This document shows, in pieces, positions 20,896 to 30,261 of a DNA stretch of 64,000 nucleotides. Source of the DNA: Acidimicrobiia bacterium (GTDB lineage Bacteria; Actinomycetota; Acidimicrobiia; Spongiisociales; ZC4RG35); the NCBI GenBank assembly GCA_050741915.1, contig JBOGEX010000089.1, positions 717 to 64,716 on the forward strand. Direction: 5' to 3'. Made by a program: the position numbers and the translations under genes. Position 1 is the stretch's first letter, and every line of letters begins with the position of its first letter. The notes under the pieces were generated by a model. It did no database searches, was not told the DNA's origin, and saw only the letters and a program-made list of their open reading frames with translations.

Positions 20896-20925
20896 AGTGT
20901 GCCTCAGGCTACCGGACGGTTCCCT

Positions 20926-22068
20926 CTAACAGGACCCGGCAATAGCTGCGGCGGCAAAGGAACGAGCCTTCCGATCGGCCGCCAGGACGTCGTCGACGGT
21001 GTCGATCGCCTGCACTCCCATCTCGTCGAGGGTGCGCTCGATAATCGAAGTGATCGACCGAAAGCCCAGCCTGCCTCCTAGGAACGCGGCCACCGCCACC
21101 TCGTCGGAGGCGTTGAACACGGCCGGAGCGCTCCGGCCCAGGCGGGCGGCGTGGTAACCAAGAGCCAGGGCCCCGAACTTGTCGGGGTCGGGTGTCTCGA
21201 AGTGGAGAGAGACGCCGGCGAAATCGAAGGGCTTGACGACAGCAGGTGCCCGGTCCGGATAGGTGAGGGCATAGGCGATTGGCAGCCTCATGTCGGGAGC
21301 GCCCAACTGCGCCTTGATCGACCCATCTCGAAAAGCCACCATCGAGTGCACCACGCTCTCGGGATGGACCACCACTTCGATCTGCTCGACGTCCAACTCG
21401 AAGAGTTGCTGAGCTTCCATCACTTCGAGCGCTTTGTTGGCCATGGTGGCGGAATCGATCGTGACCCTGTCTCCCATCGACCAGTTGGGGTGTTGCAGAG
21501 CCTCTGCCGGCGTCACCGACTCGAGGCGGTCAGGCTCCCAGGTCCGGAACGGGCCCCCGCTGGCAGTGAGGATGACCCGGTCAACGGCCTTCCGCTCTTC
21601 GCCGGCGAGGCACTGAAAAATCGCCGAGTGCTCCGAGTCGACCGGGATCAATTCCCCCCCGCTTCTCTGGAGCTCGGATCGGATCAGCGCTCCTGCCGCC
21701 ACCATCGACTCCTTGTTGGCCAGAGCAACGCGATTGCCGGACCTCGCCGCCGCCAGGGTCAACGGCAGCCCGGCCAGGCCGACGATGCCGTTCATCACCA
21801 CGGCTCCGCCAGTAGCCGCCATCTCTTCCAATGCTTCGGACCCGAACCTCACCCGCGTTCCGACCCGCCCGACAAATTCGGAACGTTCCTCCTTCGACCC
21901 CCCGGCCACTGCCACCCGGCTCTCGGGCAGCGAGAGGGCGATCTCGGTGAGTTCGGCGCTCGGATGCCGCGCCCCGATTCCCGCCACCGGCCATCCGAGC
22001 TCGCTCGCCACCTCGAGGGTTTGGCGACCGATCGAGCCGGTGACCCCCAGCACCACCAGGGATTTCAT
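20926..22068 (-). CDS. dxr: 1-deoxy-D-xylulose 5-phosphate reductoisomerase
   Basis: 380 aa; LGVTGSIG N-terminus, LANKES, PVDSEHSAIFQCL motifs. Confidence 0.95.
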   Translation of the reverse strand: MKSLVVLGVTGSIGRQTLEVASELGWPVAGIGARHPSAELTEIALSLPESRVAVAGGSKEERSEFVGRVGTRVRFGSEALEEMAATGGAVVMNGIVGLAGLPLTLAAARSGNRVALANKESMVAAGALIRSELQRSGGELIPVDSEHSAIFQCLAGEERKAVDRVILTASGGPFRTWEPDRLESVTPAEALQHPNWSMGDRVTIDSATMANKALEVMEAQQLFELDVEQIEVVVHPESVVHSMVAFRDGSIKAQLGAPDMRLPIAYALTYPDRAPAVVKPFDFAGVSLHFETPDPDKFGALALGYHAARLGRSAPAVFNASDEVAVAAFLGGRLGFRSITSIIERTLDEMGVQAIDTVDDVLAADRKARSFAAAAIAGSC

Positions 22069-22071
22069 GTT

Positions 22072-23202
22072 CTAAAGCAAACCGGCGGAGCCCAGGAAAA
22101 GATAAGCGGCTGGAGCCACGAAGAGGAGGCCGTCGAGCCGGTCGAGAAGACCGCCGTGACCTGGCATCACGGCTCCCATGTCCTTTTGGCCCAGACTGCG
22201 CTTGATGAGGGACTCGGCGGCATCACCAATCGGTGACAGTAAGACCACGATCGCGATCAAGACCATTGATTGATTGAGGCTGACCGGGAAATAGTCCACC
22301 GTCGAGAGAAACGCAGCGGTGGCAATCGCCAGGACGGTTCCACCGACGAATCCTTCCCAGGTCTTCTGGGGAGAGAGCGCCGGAGCCATGGGGTGACGAC
22401 CCATCGCCCTCCCGGCGAAGTAGCTCCCCATGTCGAAGGCGGCCACCACGATCACTAGGAGCAGGATCAAGGGAATCGCCCAAGGCGAGCGGCCGATGAT
22501 GATGGCAAACCCGAGCAACGACACCCAGGCTGTGCCAAAGATCGTGAGGGCGAGGTTATCGAGAGGTCGTCGCCGGGGGACGAGCGAAAAGAAAAGAATC
22601 ACGGCCAGAGCGGAGAGCAGTACCACCACCAGCATCGGCGCCGGACCTCCCAAGTGCGCGGCCACTGCCGTACCGAGCATGCCCAACAGGCCGAACAGAG
22701 CAATCGGGACATAGCCGTTCCGCCGCAGGGTGCTAAAGAACTCGCCGAGTGCAATCACCATCAGGAAGGCGATAAAGGAAGTAAAGAGCCAACCCCCGAG
22801 GAAAAGGCTGACTCCGAAAAGCCCGATCAGGACCACAGCCGAGATCACCCGCATGGCGAGATCGCTCGAGGCGGCCTGCTCGATGTGCTCGAGCTCCTCT
22901 TCGCTCGGGCCTCTTTGACCGGTGACGTCCCCGAAGTCGACCAGGCCAGTGCCGACACCGGCCATGGCAGCGGCCACGGGTCCTGGCGTGGACTGAGCGC
23001 CGCGGGCGATCTCCTCAGCCAAGTCTCGATACTCGGCGGTGGTGGCAGACAGGTAGGCCTCTTCCGACAGAGGAATGTCCTCGTCCTCGGGCAGCAGTCC
23101 CTCGAGACCGTCCTTTCCCTCGCCCTCGATCGGTTCCTCCCAGGGCCGACCGAATCGCCTACCGGCCGGAGTTTCGGCCGCTGTTTCTTCCTGGCCGCTC
23201 AA
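22072..23202 (-). CDS. cdsA: Phosphatidate cytidylyltransferase with an acidic N-terminal extension of about 100 aa
   Basis: C-terminal signature SLIKRSLGQKDMGAVMPGHGGLLDRLDG; multi-TM. Confidence 0.85.
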   Translation of the reverse strand: MSGQEETAAETPAGRRFGRPWEEPIEGEGKDGLEGLLPEDEDIPLSEEAYLSATTAEYRDLAEEIARGAQSTPGPVAAAMAGVGTGLVDFGDVTGQRGPSEEELEHIEQAASSDLAMRVISAVVLIGLFGVSLFLGGWLFTSFIAFLMVIALGEFFSTLRRNGYVPIALFGLLGMLGTAVAAHLGGPAPMLVVVLLSALAVILFFSLVPRRRPLDNLALTIFGTAWVSLLGFAIIIGRSPWAIPLILLLVIVVAAFDMGSYFAGRAMGRHPMAPALSPQKTWEGFVGGTVLAIATAAFLSTVDYFPVSLNQSMVLIAIVVLLSPIGDAAESLIKRSLGQKDMGAVMPGHGGLLDRLDGLLFVAPAAYLFLGSAGLL

Positions 23203-23203
23203 C

Positions 23204-23755
23204 TCACACCTCTCCGAGTTCGTTTTCTTTGTCGTTCAGGAGACTGTCGATCCGGTGCACGAACTTGTCGGTGAAATCCTGGAGTTCTTTCTCGGCCCGT
23301 CGGATCTCGTCGTCGGAGACCTCGCCCTTCAAGGCCTCGATGTCCTCTTTGCTGTGGCGGCGCACATTACGGACCGCCACTCGGCCCTCCTCGGCCATGT
23401 GCCGCACCATGCGGATCAACTCTTTGCGGCGCTCCTCGGTCGGAGTCGGAAAGCTGAGCCGGATGAGGGTGCCGTCGTTCGACGGGTTGAGACCGAGGTC
23501 GGAGGCTTTGATCGCCTTCTCGATGGCGTTGATCGAATTGCGATCGTAGGGCTGGACCACCAGGAGGCGGGGCTCGGGCACGGAGAACGATGCAATCTGC
23601 TGGAGGGGGGTCGGGGAGCCGTAGTAGTCCACATGGATTCGATGCAGGATCTGAGGGTTGGCCCGACCGGTTCTAACCGTGGCGAACTCAGAGCCGACGT
23701 GCTCTGACGCCTGTTCCATCTTTCGTTGCGCCTCGGCCAGGACCTCGGTGATCAT
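23204..23755 (-). CDS. frr: Ribosome recycling factor
   Basis: 183 aa, typical RRF sequence (RTGRANPQILHRIHVDYYG...). Confidence 0.95.
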   Translation of the reverse strand: MITEVLAEAQRKMEQASEHVGSEFATVRTGRANPQILHRIHVDYYGSPTPLQQIASFSVPEPRLLVVQPYDRNSINAIEKAIKASDLGLNPSNDGTLIRLSFPTPTEERRKELIRMVRHMAEEGRVAVRNVRRHSKEDIEALKGEVSDDEIRRAEKELQDFTDKFVHRIDSLLNDKENELGEV

Positions 23756-23767
23756 CCCGCCTCCTCT

Positions 23768-24472
23768 TTAGTGGACGATGGTTCCGATCGGCTCGCCGGC
23801 GATCGCCCGCACGATATTGCCAGCCACGGTCATGTCGAAGACAACGATTGGAACGTCGTGCTCGCGGCACATCGTAATTGCGGTGGCGTCCATGACCCCA
23901 AGTTCTTGAGATAGGAAATCCATATAACTCAACTCGTCGAGCTTCTGCGCCTTCGGATCGAGCTTGGGATCGGCCGAGTAGATACCGTCGACTCTGCTCG
24001 CCTTAAGCAGTGCCGCGGCGCCGACTTCGACCGCTCGCAGGGCGGCGGCGGTGTCGGTGGTGAAAAACGGGTTGCCGGTGCCGGCTGCAAAGACGACGAC
24101 TCGACCCTTCTCCAAATGGCGGCGAGCCCGCAACCTGATGTAAGGCTCGGCCAACTGTTGCATGGAGATGGCGCTTTGCACCCGGGTCTCAAGTCCGGCG
24201 TGCTCGAGCGCATCACGCAAGGCGAGAGCATTGATCACCGTGGCCAGCATCCCCATGTAGTCGGCGTTGGCCGGATCCATGCCTTGGGCATGCTCGGAGA
24301 CTCCCCGCCAGATGTTCCCACCCCCAACCACGGTGGCCACTTCCGCACCGGCGTTTACTGCTTCGGCGATCTCTGTGGCCACTCGTTTTACTGTCGCCGG
24401 ATGGATGCCATAGCCGGTGACCGGGTCGGCAAACGCCTCGCCCGACAGCTTGAGGAGGACCCTACGACCCAT
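23768..24472 (-). CDS. pyrH: UMP kinase
   Basis: [12 protein letters not shown]-terminus; 234 aa. Confidence 0.95.
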   Translation of the reverse strand: MGRRVLLKLSGEAFADPVTGYGIHPATVKRVATEIAEAVNAGAEVATVVGGGNIWRGVSEHAQGMDPANADYMGMLATVINALALRDALEHAGLETRVQSAISMQQLAEPYIRLRARRHLEKGRVVVFAAGTGNPFFTTDTAAALRAVEVGAAALLKASRVDGIYSADPKLDPKAQKLDELSYMDFLSQELGVMDATAITMCREHDVPIVVFDMTVAGNIVRAIAGEPIGTIVH

Positions 24473-25119
24473 CAGTGTCCTTGACCATCACTTGCTTGGC
24501 CATCGGCCTCGCCGATTCGCAACATCGCCATTCGCCTCACTGAGATGTTCTCCCCCATCCGAGCGGCGAGATCGTTGACCATCGCTTCGACGGTCCCGTC
24601 GAATGATTCGCTCCGGGCGAACTTTTGGTCATAGAGCACATGGTCCTCGTAGTAGGAGTTGACTTTGCCCTCGACGATCCGGTCGATGATGTGCTCGGGC
24701 TTTCCCTCCTCCCGGGCTTGGGCGGCAAAGAAGTCTTTCTCGCTCCCCAACTCGACCGAGTCAACGTCTTCGCGTCGAATCCAACGGGGTTTTCCCCAGG
24801 CGATGTGCATGGCGATATCGTCGGCTACCTGGCGAAAGTCGGGATTTTTGGCGACGAAGTCGGTCTCGCAAGCCAGATCGACCAAGACGCCAATTACGGG
24901 CCGGTCCGCCTGGTAGTGCAAGTACGTGCCAATCGAGCCCTGGTTGGCCTCGCGCTCTCCCGCTCGCTTCGCCACCTTGGCCAGGCCCCGGACCCGCAAC
25001 AACTCCAGGGCTTTTTCCACGTCGCCTTCGGTCTCCACCAAGGCCCGCTTGGCGTCCATCATCCCCACCCCGGCCATCTGCCGGAGCTTCTGCACCTCTT
25101 TGGCCGCGACTTCAGCCAC
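24472..25119 (-). CDS. tsf: Elongation factor Ts (short form, 215 aa)
   Basis: GTG at 25119 lies inside GTGGCTGA, which overlaps the rpsB stop. [37 protein letters not shown] is a typical EF-Ts N-terminus. The longer ORF would run into rpsB. Confidence 0.85.
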   Translation of the reverse strand: MAEVAAKEVQKLRQMAGVGMMDAKRALVETEGDVEKALELLRVRGLAKVAKRAGEREANQGSIGTYLHYQADRPVIGVLVDLACETDFVAKNPDFRQVADDIAMHIAWGKPRWIRREDVDSVELGSEKDFFAAQAREEGKPEHIIDRIVEGKVNSYYEDHVLYDQKFARSESFDGTVEAMVNDLAARMGENISVRRMAMLRIGEADGQASDGQGH

Positions 25120-25846
25120 TGGCGGCCTCTTCGGGAGCGAACTCGGCTTCGGTTTGCTTGGTGTCTCCTCCTTTGCCTTCTCGGCAAGCTTCGGCCAGTG
25201 CCCCGGCGACAACCGATGCAGCCCGAATGGCATCGTCGTTTCCAGCAATGACAAAGTCGATGTGGTCGGGGTCACAGTTCGAATCGACCAGGGCCAACGT
25301 AGTGATGCCCAGCCGGGCAGCTTCCCTGACCGCGGTGTGTTCGGTGTTGACATCGACGATGAAAATGGCGTCGGGGGTCTTCGTCATCTCCCGCACCCCC
25401 CCGAGCGTCTGCTGGAGCTTTGAGAGCTCACGGCTGATCGAGAGCCGTTCCCGCTTGGAGAGGCTGGCGATCTCCTGGGACGCCTCCATCCGCTCGAGTT
25501 CTTTCATGTAGAAAATGCGCTTTTGGATGGTGGCGAAATTCGTGAGCATTCCGCCGAGCCAGCGAAAGTTCACAAAGGGCATCCCGGCTGATTGCGCCGC
25601 CTCGGCGATCGGAGCCTGTGCTTGTTTCTTCGTTCCGACGAAGAGAACGGTCCCGCCTTTGGCGGTGAGGTCCTTCAGATAGGCGGCCGCCGCTTCGATC
25701 TGGGAAAGAGTCTGACGAAGATCGATGATGTGGATGCCGTTGCGCTCGCCGTAGATATACGGCTTCATCTTGGGATTCCAGCGCCGGGTTTGGTGCCCGA
25801 AGTGGACTCCTGCCTCGAGCAACTGCTTGATGGTTACCGCAGTCAC
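25112..25846 (-). CDS. rpsB: 30S ribosomal protein S2
   Basis: GTG at 25846 preceded by AAAGGAGA. (V)TAVTIKQLLEAGVHFGHQTRRWNPKM is the canonical S2 start. Confidence 0.9.
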   Translation of the reverse strand: MTAVTIKQLLEAGVHFGHQTRRWNPKMKPYIYGERNGIHIIDLRQTLSQIEAAAAYLKDLTAKGGTVLFVGTKKQAQAPIAEAAQSAGMPFVNFRWLGGMLTNFATIQKRIFYMKELERMEASQEIASLSKRERLSISRELSKLQQTLGGVREMTKTPDAIFIVDVNTEHTAVREAARLGITTLALVDSNCDPDHIDFVIAGNDDAIRAASVVAGALAEACREGKGGDTKQTEAEFAPEEAASG

Positions 25847-25955
25847 AAATTCTCCTTTGGTTGTTTCCTCCGCCGGCGTAGCGGCGCGTCCTAAGAGCAC
25901 TCCGACCTGAGAGGGATCGCCGACGTGTGTCGTTGGAAAGCAATGGTAGCGGGGG

Positions 25956-26726
25956 CTAGGCCATTCGGTTTCTGAGCGAGAGAACGCTCTTGGCGTGAAT
26001 CTGACAAACCCGGGATTCGGTGACGCCGAGCACATCTCCGATCTCGGCGAGCGTAAGGCCTTCGAAATAGTAAAGAGTGATAACAAGGCGTTCCCGGTCG
26101 GGGAGCCGATTGATGGCGTCGCCGAGGAGGTGCCTCGTCTCCTCAGCTTGAAATGCCGCCTCGGGACTCATTCCCCCGATATCGGGAAGGAAATCGCCGA
26201 GAGAGGAACCGGCGTCGGGACCGATCATCTCGTCGAGGGCGATCAAACCGAGGTTCGAGATCTCCGCCAGGGTGGAGCGAATCGATTCCACCTCTTGGCC
26301 CATGTGTTTGGCGAGCTCCTCGTCGGAGGGGGTTCGTTGCAGCCGGTGTTCGAGCTCTGAGAGCGACCGTTCCATCTCCCGGGCCCGGGAGCGGACGGAG
26401 CGGGGGACCCAATCGAGGGAGCGGAGGCCGTCGAGGATCGAACCCTTGATCCGGTTGATGGCATAGGTCTCGAACTTGAAACCGCGCTCGGGCTCGAACT
26501 TATCGATGGCATCGATCAAGCCGAAGACGCCGTAGGAAACGAGGTCGGATTGGTCGACATTGCGAGGCAGACCGGCGGCGACGCGGCCGGCGACGAACTT
26601 CACGAGCGGCGAGAACTGGAGGATCAGCGCTTCCCGCGCCTGGCCGTCGCTCTCTTCTTTGAGGCGTTGCCAGAGCCCAGGAAGGGCGCTCGAATCTTCT
26701 TCAGGCTCGAGGATGGCTGAGGTCAT
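25956..26726 (-). CDS. Sigma-70 family sigma factor, FliA/WhiG (sigma-28) type
   Basis: 256 aa; regions 2-4 recognisable ([38 protein letters not shown]; [24 protein letters not shown]). Confidence 0.85.
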   Translation of the reverse strand: MTSAILEPEEDSSALPGLWQRLKEESDGQAREALILQFSPLVKFVAGRVAAGLPRNVDQSDLVSYGVFGLIDAIDKFEPERGFKFETYAINRIKGSILDGLRSLDWVPRSVRSRAREMERSLSELEHRLQRTPSDEELAKHMGQEVESIRSTLAEISNLGLIALDEMIGPDAGSSLGDFLPDIGGMSPEAAFQAEETRHLLGDAINRLPDRERLVITLYYFEGLTLAEIGDVLGVTESRVCQIHAKSVLSLRNRMA

Positions 26727-27588
26727 AGGTCGATTTCAGGTGGAGGCGGGATACGGCAGTGTAAATCTGGGTGGTCTGGAGGTCACGGTGACCCAACATC
26801 TCTTGGACCGCCCGCAGGTCAGCACCGCCTTCGAGCAGGTGAGTGGCGAAGGAGTGACGCAGCGCATGGGGGAAGGTGGCGGCCCGATTGCGCACGACCC
26901 GGCGAACGCCCCGCTCGTCCAGGCGCCGCCCGCGATCCCCCAGAAAGGCGAAGCTGCCGGCGTCGGCGCCCGCGATCGATCCCCGACCTTCTTCGATCCA
27001 TTTCGCGATCGCCTCCTGCGCCGGTTTCCCCACCGGGATCGAACGTACCCTGCCTCCCTTGCCGGTCACCGTTAGCAAGTCGGTGGTGAAGGCGTCGATG
27101 GTCAGGTTGGCAAGTTCTGATACCCGGATCCCGGTGCTGTAGAGCAATTCGAGGATTGCTCGATCGCGCAGGTCCTTCCATGTCGTAGTGGGTAGGTCAT
27201 CGAGGAGCGACACCACCTGCCTCTGAGGGAGGGCCCGGGGCAGGCGCTCGGGAAGCCGCGGGCGCGAGAGCACCGCGGCCGGATTGGTGAGGAGCAGATG
27301 CCGGCGGACTGAGTCCTCGAAAAAGCTGCGAACGGCCGACGACTTACGAGCGATGGAGCGACGGGCGTATCCCCCCCGATCGAGATTGGCCAGGTAGCGG
27401 CGCAGGATCTGACGATCGAGGGCTTGACAGTCGTCGATGCCTTCCCCAGAACAGAAGGAGAAGAACTGTGTCAGGTCGCGGCGATAGGCATCGATGGTGT
27501 GGAGGCTGTAGCCCCGCTGGGTCTGCAACCGATCGAGGTAGGACTCGACCAGCGGCGCGGCCCAATTGGGCAGTTGGCGATCGGCCAT
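26701..27588 (-). CDS. xerC: Tyrosine recombinase XerC
   Basis: [37 protein letters not shown] catalytic C-terminus; 295 aa. Confidence 0.9.
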   Translation of the reverse strand: MADRQLPNWAAPLVESYLDRLQTQRGYSLHTIDAYRRDLTQFFSFCSGEGIDDCQALDRQILRRYLANLDRGGYARRSIARKSSAVRSFFEDSVRRHLLLTNPAAVLSRPRLPERLPRALPQRQVVSLLDDLPTTTWKDLRDRAILELLYSTGIRVSELANLTIDAFTTDLLTVTGKGGRVRSIPVGKPAQEAIAKWIEEGRGSIAGADAGSFAFLGDRGRRLDERGVRRVVRNRAATFPHALRHSFATHLLEGGADLRAVQEMLGHRDLQTTQIYTAVSRLHLKSTYDLSHPRA

Positions 27589-27612
27589 GCCGTCAGGGTA
27601 TTGGCAATCACC

Positions 27613-28332
27613 TCAGATTCCGAGTTCCCGCCGAGTCAGCTCCGCCAGTGCCTCTCCGACCGGGCGGTCGGCGCGGGCCAGCTCTGTGTCGACATCCTCC
27701 GTCCATTTCCCTTCAGGGGCTGGTACTCGGGGCGGTCGGCCCATGACGAATGAGAGCGTTTCGACGAGGTCAGTAGGCCCGAGAACTGGGTGGGCGCCAT
27801 CTCGAATCAAGAGATTGCAACCCACTGACACCTGGCGATCGATGTCGCCGGGGACGGCCAGCACATCCCGGCCCAGTTCGAGCGCCAGGCGGGCCGTTAT
27901 CAACGCTCCCCCGGTCACTGCTGCCTCGACCACCACGACCGCTCCCGAGAGGGCGGCGATGATGCGGTTGCGGGCCGGGAAGCGGAACGGAGCGGGTGGA
28001 GTCCCTGGCTCGTACTCTGAGATCAATCCTCCACCTTGGGCGATCAATCTTTTCGCCAGGCCTTGGTTCTGGCGGGGATAGACGATGTCGAGTCCCGAAC
28101 CCAGCACGGCCCACCCCGGCTCGCCAGCATCGACGCAGGCTTGGTGGGCCACCCCATCGATCCCGCGGGCGAGTCCGCTGATCACCGGCCACCCGGCGGT
28201 GGCGACGGCGCGCCCGAGCGCGCGAGCAACTGCCGTTCCGTAGGCAGTCGACCGCCTGGTGCCGACGATCGCAATCCCAAGAGTGGAAGGGAGCGTGCCT
28301 ATCACCCACAGCTTTTCCGGGAGTGACGGCAC
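27613..28332 (-). CDS. dprA: DNA-processing protein DprA, minimal 239-aa form
   Basis: IVGTRRSTAYG and GLARGIDGVAHQ Rossmann-like DprA core. Confidence 0.8.
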   Translation of the reverse strand: MPSLPEKLWVIGTLPSTLGIAIVGTRRSTAYGTAVARALGRAVATAGWPVISGLARGIDGVAHQACVDAGEPGWAVLGSGLDIVYPRQNQGLAKRLIAQGGGLISEYEPGTPPAPFRFPARNRIIAALSGAVVVVEAAVTGGALITARLALELGRDVLAVPGDIDRQVSVGCNLLIRDGAHPVLGPTDLVETLSFVMGRPPRVPAPEGKWTEDVDTELARADRPVGEALAELTRRELGI

Positions 28333-28373
28333 TCCGGTGAGGAACGTAGGGAGACTCTCCTGCCGAGGGGGGT

Positions 28374-29846
28374 TCAGATCGAACCTCGATAGGAGAGCGC
28401 CTCGCCAACATGAACTTGGTCGACGGTCTCGGTGTGCGCGAGGTCAGCGATCGTTCTGGCGATCCGCCGCACCCGATCGGCGCCCCGGCCGGTGAGAACC
28501 CCTTTGCGAACGGCGGCCGCAACTAGGTCGAGGGCGGCGCCGTCATAGGAAAGCGAGTCGAGCTGCTTTCGACTCAGGGCTGAGTTGGTTTTCTGACTTC
28601 GCTCGAGTTGGGTCCGGCGGGCATCCAGTACCCGGTCCTTGACGGTCGCCGAATCCTCGGCCGGAGGACCCAACAGGAGATCGGGGTCGGGAGCGGTCAT
28701 GTGGAGACGGAGATCGAATCGGTCGAGGAACGGTCCCGTCAGCCTTCGTCGATAGCGAGCCACTTCGTTGGGTGGACATTTGCAGGACACCACCCGGTCG
28801 GTCTGAAACCCGCAAGGACAGGGGTTGGAGGCACCCACTACCTGTGCTCGAGCCGGAAAGGTCACACTTCTCCCCCGACGGGCGATTGTCACTGTCCCCT
28901 CCTCGAGCGGTTGGCGGAGGGCATTCAGGAGGTGAGGCGGGAACTCTCCCAGTTCGTCGAGGAAGAGGACTCCACCATGGGCAAGCGAGAGCTCGCCCGG
29001 CTGGGGGTGAGGGTTGCCGCCACCTACCACTGCCGCCATCGAGGCGGAGTGATGAGGGGCTCGAAACGGAGGACGGGAGGTGAATGGCCGGAAGCGGTCG
29101 GCAGAAGCCCATAGGCAGGCAACTTCGACGGCCTCGTCCGGTTCGAGCCGAGGGAGGATCGTCGGGAGTCGTTGGGCGAGCATTGTCTTGCCGCACCCCG
29201 GCGACCCGATCATCACGAGATGGTGTCCGCCGGCGGCGGCGATCTCAAGGGCGCGCCGAGCGCGGGGTTGTCCGCGGACATCTGCCAGGTCGATCTCGTC
29301 AATGCCGGGATCCTCCGGCTTCGGCTCTGCCAACCGTGGGGAGGCGCCGCCGGCCACAACCGAGCTTGCCTCGGCCAGGCTGGAAATAGCAAAAACTGTC
29401 GAACCCGGCACCAGGGCGGCAGTCGAGGCATCGGCCTCGGCGACCAGGCACGGCCATCCGCGCTCGACCGCCAGGACGGCGGCCCCGATCGCCCAGCGGC
29501 TGCGACGCACCGTGCCATCGAGGGCAAGTTCTCCTGCCACGATCATCCTTCCCGGGCTGGGTATGACCTTGGAGGCGGCCAGTACCCCGAGCGCGATCGG
29601 AAGGTCGTAGTCGGATCCGGCCTTGGGAAGGTCAGCCGGAGACAGGTTGACTGTGATCTGTCGGAGCGGAAACTCACAGCCCGACGAGAGAATCGCCGCC
29701 TTGACCCGCTGCTTGGCCTCCCTGATCGAGGTGTCGGGCAGGCCTACCAGCGAGAAGGCCTCCGAGGGCCGGCCGACATGGGCTTCGATCCGGACTGGTC
29801 GGGGCTCGGCTCCGACCATCGCCACCGACATCGTCTGGGCAAACAC
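28374..29846 (-). CDS. comM: YifB/ComM family Mg-chelatase-like AAA+ ATPase
   Basis: 490 aa; Lon-like N-domain, Walker A GSPGCGKTM, typical C-terminus. GTG start at 29846 (ATG at 29831 is the alternative). Confidence 0.85.
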   Translation of the reverse strand: MFAQTMSVAMVGAEPRPVRIEAHVGRPSEAFSLVGLPDTSIREAKQRVKAAILSSGCEFPLRQITVNLSPADLPKAGSDYDLPIALGVLAASKVIPSPGRMIVAGELALDGTVRRSRWAIGAAVLAVERGWPCLVAEADASTAALVPGSTVFAISSLAEASSVVAGGASPRLAEPKPEDPGIDEIDLADVRGQPRARRALEIAAAGGHHLVMIGSPGCGKTMLAQRLPTILPRLEPDEAVEVACLWASADRFRPFTSRPPFRAPHHSASMAAVVGGGNPHPQPGELSLAHGGVLFLDELGEFPPHLLNALRQPLEEGTVTIARRGRSVTFPARAQVVGASNPCPCGFQTDRVVSCKCPPNEVARYRRRLTGPFLDRFDLRLHMTAPDPDLLLGPPAEDSATVKDRVLDARRTQLERSQKTNSALSRKQLDSLSYDGAALDLVAAAVRKGVLTGRGADRVRRIARTIADLAHTETVDQVHVGEALSYRGSI

Positions 29847-30261
29847 TCATTGGTTATACGAGCGGAAGTTGGCAGGTTCTAGAGGTTCGTTATCCCGGTC
29901 TGCTGCGGCACACCCTCGTTCAGGATGCTCCTCTAAGTGTCAAATGGGGTTGTTGGGGAGTGTTTTCCCCGACGTCTCGAACAGATGGCGAGAGCCAAAA
30001 AGCCGGCATCCGAACCGGGGGCCAGATCCCAGCAACGACAACAGACGCAGGAGAGATGCGGGTCACCAGGACCGTGGCACTAGCCAGTTCCCTTCCCAGA
30101 TGCGGAATCGAAGGCCATGGCCACTCGCATTGTGAGTGGACCCGCACTGCAACTAATGCTCAGGGGCGAACGTGGGGCGTGCGCGGGGACAGAAGCATGG
30201 CCGTACTCGGCGAGAGCCAGCGGCCTTGACGATGACTAGAGGCGCGAGATCAAACGTCTTA

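Noticed and set aside
30102-30117. GGCCTTCGATTCCGC on the minus strand resembles a tRNA/tmRNA T-loop (TTCGATTCC).
   Set aside because: The flanking bases cannot form a T-stem (ATGGCC versus CCGCAT). No acceptor, D or anticodon arms could be built around it.
29986-30218. The 11-mer ggcgagagcca occurs twice (about 29986 and about 30208).
   Set aside because: Too short, and the flanks do not align. Likely chance.
29847-30261. Tested by eye for RNase P RNA, SRP/4.5S RNA, tmRNA and cobalamin riboswitch signatures.
   Set aside because: None of these hallmarks was found:
- GGAAAGUCCGGGC or ACAGAAnCCGGCUUA boxes of RNase P
- a GGAA tetraloop with the flanking SRP domain IV consensus; only a loose GGAAGGGAAC resemblance was seen
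- a tRNA-like end
- a B12 box

The region is kept only as an unexplained non-coding stretch.
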